Shown here in pieces: positions 59,607 through 64,000 of a DNA stretch of 64,000 bases. Numbering within the stretch: position 1 is the stretch's first letter; every line of letters begins with the position of its first letter. Source of the DNA: an uncultured delta proteobacterium (GTDB lineage: Bacteria; Desulfobacterota; Binatia; UBA9968); NCBI GenBank assembly GCA_963816145.1, contig CAWFJP010000003.1, positions 839,848-903,847 of the forward strand, written 5' to 3'. The notes beneath the pieces were generated by a model that made no database searches, was not told the DNA's origin, and worked only from the letters and a program-made list of their open reading frames with translations. The translations under genes and the position numbers were made by a program.

Positions 59607-60545
59607 ATGTCGAGGCCCAGCGTGGCGAGCGTTTTCGGTCATGGATGGCCCGTTTTGAAACGCTCTGTAATCCATCACACAGAAGAAAGTGATAACAAGA
59701 TTTCTGAAGGGTCACAGGTAGCTTTTTGTCGCCCAAAGGCTACGACGATCCTGATGTGTCCACCCCTATATTACGGAATTGAGTACGAGATCAATCCGTG
59801 GATGAATCTCAGCCGTCAGAGCGATTTTCTCCTTGCACAGGAGCAATGGCGGGGGCTCTATCAACTCCTTCGGAATCGATTGGATATGAACGTCTCCTTG
59901 ATTGAAGCCAGGCGAGGCCTACCAGACATGGTATTTACGGCTAATGCCGGGCTCGTATGGGAAAACAAATTTATCATAAGCAACTTCCGCTACAACGTCC
60001 GGCAGGGCGAAGCCGGACATTTTGAGAACTGGTTCGTGTCCAACAACTATGAAATTTGTCACCTTCCCGAAGGGAATTTCTTCGAGGGAGAAGGAGACCT
60101 GTTGTCGTGCGGCGATCTCTTGTTTGCGGGATATCCTTCCCGATCTTCACTTATCTCCCATCAAAGTGTAGCCGAAATCATCCAGCGGCAGATCCTGTCG
60201 CTCAAACTTACCAACGATTGGTTCTACCATCTAGACACCTGCTTTTGTCCTTTAAATGCTCACACTGCCATCTATTATCCGGGTGCTTTTGACGCCAATG
60301 CGATAAAAGTATTGGAAAATCGCATCGACACCCTCATTCCAGTCACCGAAGAGGAAGCGCGGGGCTTTGTCTGCAACGCGATTGTTGCGGAGAACAACGT
60401 CATCATCAATGCGGGTTCCCCTAAGATTCGAGGCCAATTGGAATCTTTGGGATTTTCTGTGTTTGAAATCCCGCTAACAGAATTCATCAAGTCCGGCGGA
60501 AGCGCAAAATGCCTCGTCCTCAGAATTCCCTACTACACCCGTTGA
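59607..60545 (+). CDS. Amidinotransferase / dimethylarginine dimethylaminohydrolase family protein (start uncertain)
   Basis: MCPP, YEINPWM, LPDMVFTANAG, FEGEGD, FYHLDTCF, KSGGSAKCL. Confidence 0.88.
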   Translation: MSRPSVASVFGHGWPVLKRSVIHHTEESDNKISEGSQVAFCRPKATTILMCPPLYYGIEYEINPWMNLSRQSDFLLAQEQWRGLYQLLRNRLDMNVSLIEARRGLPDMVFTANAGLVWENKFIISNFRYNVRQGEAGHFENWFVSNNYEICHLPEGNFFEGEGDLLSCGDLLFAGYPSRSSLISHQSVAEIIQRQILSLKLTNDWFYHLDTCFCPLNAHTAIYYPGAFDANAIKVLENRIDTLIPVTEEEARGFVCNAIVAENNVIINAGSPKIRGQLESLGFSVFEIPLTEFIKSGGSAKCLVLRIPYYTR

Positions 60546-60584
60546 CCGCTGCAAGTGTATAGGAGACGATTCGGGGGGGGTGTC

Positions 60585-60875
60585 ATGTCGAATCGAATTC
60601 AATTGCACCGACAGGCTATGCGTCTTGCATGCGTGATCGCGGTCATGACGTGGATGCAAGGATGTGCTGTGGGTACGGTTGTCGGCGGGGTAGTGAGCGT
60701 CTCAACGACGGTCATCGAAACAACCGTCGATGTGGCAGGCAGTGCGGTGAAAGCGACTGGCAGGGTTATCGGTGCGGCGGTCAACGCGGTCACGGAATCA
60801 AGCGGCGAGAAGAGAAACGAGAAGAACGGCGAGAAGAGCAGCGAGAAGACCGATGAGAAGAAGAATCCTGATTAG
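60585..60875 (+). CDS. Hypothetical small lipoprotein
   Basis: Lipobox-like MQGC, Gly/Val/Thr-rich body, acidic/basic repeat tail. Confidence 0.6.
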   Translation: MSNRIQLHRQAMRLACVIAVMTWMQGCAVGTVVGGVVSVSTTVIETTVDVAGSAVKATGRVIGAAVNAVTESSGEKRNEKNGEKSSEKTDEKKNPD

Positions 60876-60999
60876 CGACGATTCTCCGCTACAATCTGAC
60901 TTGAGCACTGGGCCCATTGTTTCCCAGTACGTCGTGTACGGCGGGCCGGGTACGGCTCTGCCGGAAATCTAAAAGCCGTTGTGCTGCTGCATTGAATGT

Positions 61000-61676
61000 T
61001 TATCCCTCAACCGGCGCGATACAATCCGGAGCGTCGTACTTTGGATTGTTGATCCGCTTAGAAATCTCGTGTGCCGCCATCAACTCCGCTGGAAAAGGTT
61101 TTAGTAAAGGTTGCACCTTATCGAAGGGAACACCCAAGCAATCCAGCCATTGATCTTCGTCCTCACGCGAAAGGATCACCGGCATGCGCCTATGAATCGA
61201 GCGCATCAGCTCGTTGGGCTCCGTCGTGATGATGGTGAATGATTCCAAAACTATTCCATCCGGCTGTTTCCATGTATCCCACAAACCTGCGAGGCCAAAT
61301 GGTTCTTCGCTCTTCAAATAAATGTAAAAGGGCGTCTTGGGCGGCTTCACTCCCTGCCATTCGTAGAATCCTTCAACCGGAATTAGGCACCTGCGCCTAT
61401 TCAGCAGCCGCTTGTAAGTCGCGCTTTCCAGCAGCCGTTCAGCCGTGGCGTTGGACTGGTGCTGTATTTGAGCCGCATCTCTTTTGCGAAGGATGGAATC
61501 AACGGCCAATACATCAAGCGGCCTTCGTTTCCTGCTTCACTGCGAACGACCGTAAGTATGTCGCCACGATCCGGCCCGATATTGTTGGACGGCTTGAACC
61601 CCGGCAAATCGTTGAAGAGATTCCAACGAACCTTTGTTTCTCGGAACTCAAACGAGGCTCTTACTCGGTTACACAT
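61000..61676 (-). CDS. SOS response-associated peptidase (SRAP/HMCES), frameshift at about 61465
   Basis: MCNR start; RRCLIPVEGFYEW, LAGLWD, FTIITT, IHRRMPVIL. Confidence 0.85.
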
Positions 61677-62064
61677 TTTTCGGTCGCTCTATTGCGTGAC
61701 GATCACCTTAAAAGCTCAACACGACACTCTGAAAATAGCACAGCCTCGTGATTGGTAAACAATTGAGCATTTCGGCTCATGCCAAAAGACATTAGTAGGA
61801 GTCGGCGACACTTGATTTCGAGTCTCGTGAAGATCAGTCGAACCGCCAATCACCAGCAAAAACCAACAGAAAATCAGCGCCTCTCTCCCCTCTTCTCTGT
61901 CCGTGATTGCTCGTGTTTGTGGATTGAACTAGCACAAAACTAGCACAGCGGATTCGGCATCGCCTTGCAGGCAGCATCCGTCGATATTAGATTCGCAAAG
62001 GCTGGTGGCGACAGCGGCATCTAGGGCGGCTTTATTTTGCACACGGACAGGCAAAGGAGTTTTT

Positions 62065-62972
62065 ATGCGTTGGCATTTATTGATCCTCACAATCGTCGGG
62101 ATGTTGGTGGTTGCGGCGGCTTTCCCCCTTGGCGCTCGGGCCGTCCCTCCCACTGACTCTGAGCCACTGGCGCGACGCCTTGAAGTGGCACGGTTGCGAG
62201 CGCATTTCGACGCCGTCGATGCCGAATTGCGCCAAGCCAAGGAGTTTCAGTTGACACCGAGCCAGCGAACAGCCAGGGCCACGCTCATTGGCTGGCTCCA
62301 AGAATATCGGGACGCTGGCAAGTTCCCTCGCAATGACCAGTTCCCGAAGTTCGCGATGCCATTCTTTCGTGATGACCACGGCGCTCTTTGTGCGATGGCG
62401 TATCTGATCGAGCGATCAGGGCGGCGTGATCTCGTCGACCGCATTGCTTTGACACGAAATAATGCGTTCATTGCTGAACTGGGGAATGATGCGGAATTGC
62501 GCATTTGGCTCGATAGCGTCGGCCTCTTAGCGACCGAGGCGGCCCGTATTCAGCCGACATATTCGTATTCGGGTGATTTGAGAGTCGACAAGGCTATCGT
62601 TGCTCAATTCGTTGCGGAATACGACAGCGCCTGGAACCAGCGGGACACGAGCGCAGTCAACCGCCTCCTTGCGCCGGAATATAAATATTCCAACTCGCAG
62701 GGTGGGGTGAGATCTCGTGCCGAAACTTTAGCCTTACTGAGCGCTCCCGACTATCGGCTTGACCACGCAAATCGGTCCGAGATCGCAGTGTCCCTTGGTG
62801 GCTCACTTTTGGCTCGGTAGCCGTCGTGAGCAGCCGTTGGATAGCTAACGGAAGCTATCGAGGCAACGCATTCAAGGATGATCAACGCTGTAACCAGACC
62901 TGGCGGCAAACGAGTCAAACGTGGCAGCTCCAAAGCGAGCACTGTGTCCAGATCACTCCAGCAACCAACTAG
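62065..62972 (+). pseudogene. Secreted protein with C-terminal NTF2/DUF4440-like domain, interrupted by an 11-bp insertion
   Basis: Signal peptide; FPRN..PFFRDDHGALCAM..EAARIQPTY; NTF2-like tail continues in a shifted frame after tggctc-acttt-tggctc. Confidence 0.6.
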
Positions 62973-63941
62973 CGCACGCAGCTGACGGACGTTTCACACC
63001 AATGTAGCGTCACATAGGACGTCCGTTGGGCCAACTGACAAATATGAAAGGCTACGCAATCACCATTTGTGCGCAGGATATAAAGAAAAGAGAACGAACT
63101 TGATTCCCAATCAAGTGCACGCGGGAATCATCAACAACTACCGGCCTGCATCTGAAGACGTGAAATCCGTACGTGGCCCAAATCAACCCCCCCGACACGG
63201 AGATTGTAGATCTCCATCGCCTCTGTAACCACGAGAAATCACAATGCAATTTCTTAGCTTTGCCATTTCTTTGCCAGAAGATTGTGGGGCAAGTACTGAA
63301 ATCAATGTACGTATCGCATGCTGAAATAGTCACCGAATATAAAACAGAGCCGGGCTCGGTACTGGGACGTGATGCCCAGACACTTATCACAGCAACCGCC
63401 AGCGAGTAAACTTGTAGGATTGGACTGTGAGGATCGTAGCATCTTATAGTTCAAGCCGACGGCGATATTAGAGATTGAGTGTGGTGTAGCAGACGAAATC
63501 ACTTGCCAATCGCTTGCTGGGGCAAGCTGCCGCACAGGTAGCTTTTGGCTGTAAACTCAACATTGCCCATCCGAAGTAGCTGGCGGAATTGCGACCGATT
63601 TTGAGGTTATTTTCAGGGCCGCCGCCGATACCACTACCGCGCTAGCCTAGTTGAACTAATAGCACAGGTGACCTACCCAGCGGGTTGAAACCAACAGGGC
63701 GGCTCACCCGAAACGTGATGCGTACTGAAATCTCCCATCAATCCATTCCCAAGGCTGTTCTTCACGTGCTCGCTCTTCTCAAGAACGGCTTCTCCATAGG
63801 CGGACACTGAACCAAATTTCGGCCGCCGCCATAGGCTCGTTGTCATTGCTCGCCGAGATTTTATTAAGCCAGACGGCTCGCCGGGCGCCTAACAAAGAAC
63901 ATTACCCTCGGCGTAGATTGCTGTCAGTCTGGTAGGAGCTG

Positions 63942-63988
63942 GAAGCATAACGTTGCCACGAACAACTTTTCGGTAGCATAAGTTTGCC
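63942..63988 (+). repeat. Two copies of the Tn7-like end repeat (putative distal end)
   Basis: GAAGCATAACGTTGCC (63942-63957) and GTAGCATAAGTTTGCC (63973-63988) match GAAGCATAATGTTGCC. Confidence 0.6.
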
Positions 63989-64000
63989 TAAAGTGCTCGT

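Larger units (their letters stand above)
33882..64000. mobile_element. Putative Tn7-like transposon/genomic island inserted downstream of the asparaginase gene (extends past window end)
   Basis: TGT terminus with 8-bp end and 16-bp repeats; tniQ remnant; matching repeats at 63942-63988; abrupt change to patchwork accessory content. Confidence 0.65.

Noticed and set aside
63000-63840. Short ORFs near the window end and at 46876-47231
   Set aside because: No recognisable motifs or convincing starts; left unannotated.
1-64000. tRNA, rRNA or riboswitch genes
   Set aside because: None recognised by eye; a covariance-model search would be needed to exclude them.

Overview
The window has two halves. 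Positions 1-33.9 kb are a GC-rich chromosomal catabolic and transport region whose gene content resembles Binatota/Deltaproteobacteria (inferred). It holds a benzoate-CoA-ligase-family gene with a LIV-type ABC transporter, many orphan solute-binding proteins, an amidohydrolase, two gentisate-dioxygenase-like cupins, Pht5-like and UbiD decarboxylases, a xanthine-dehydrogenase-family complex with two large subunits, an LLM oxidoreductase and an asparaginase. Its intergenic spacers are filled with several REP-like palindrome families and a 132-bp MITE that inserts into them. From 33,882 to the window end lies a patchwork island that looks like a Tn7-like transposon. It starts with TGT plus repeated 16-bp sites 24 bp downstream of the asparaginase stop codon, carries a decayed tniQ/tnsD, and has matching repeats at the very end of the window. 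Inside it are three copies of a ~303-bp module (77-aa ORF plus a GGGGTCA/TGACCCC end), a second allele of the asparaginase 3' end with its own transposon end, a DUF6119-like gene, a type I RM system with two methyltransferases (NPPF and NPPY), an orphan NRPS with an oxalyl-CoA-ligase-like starter domain, Flp pilins, an amidinotransferase, SRAP and several microproteins. Many frameshifts, especially at 39.5-46.8 kb, look like sequencing or assembly errors. All family assignments come from motif recognition, not database searches.
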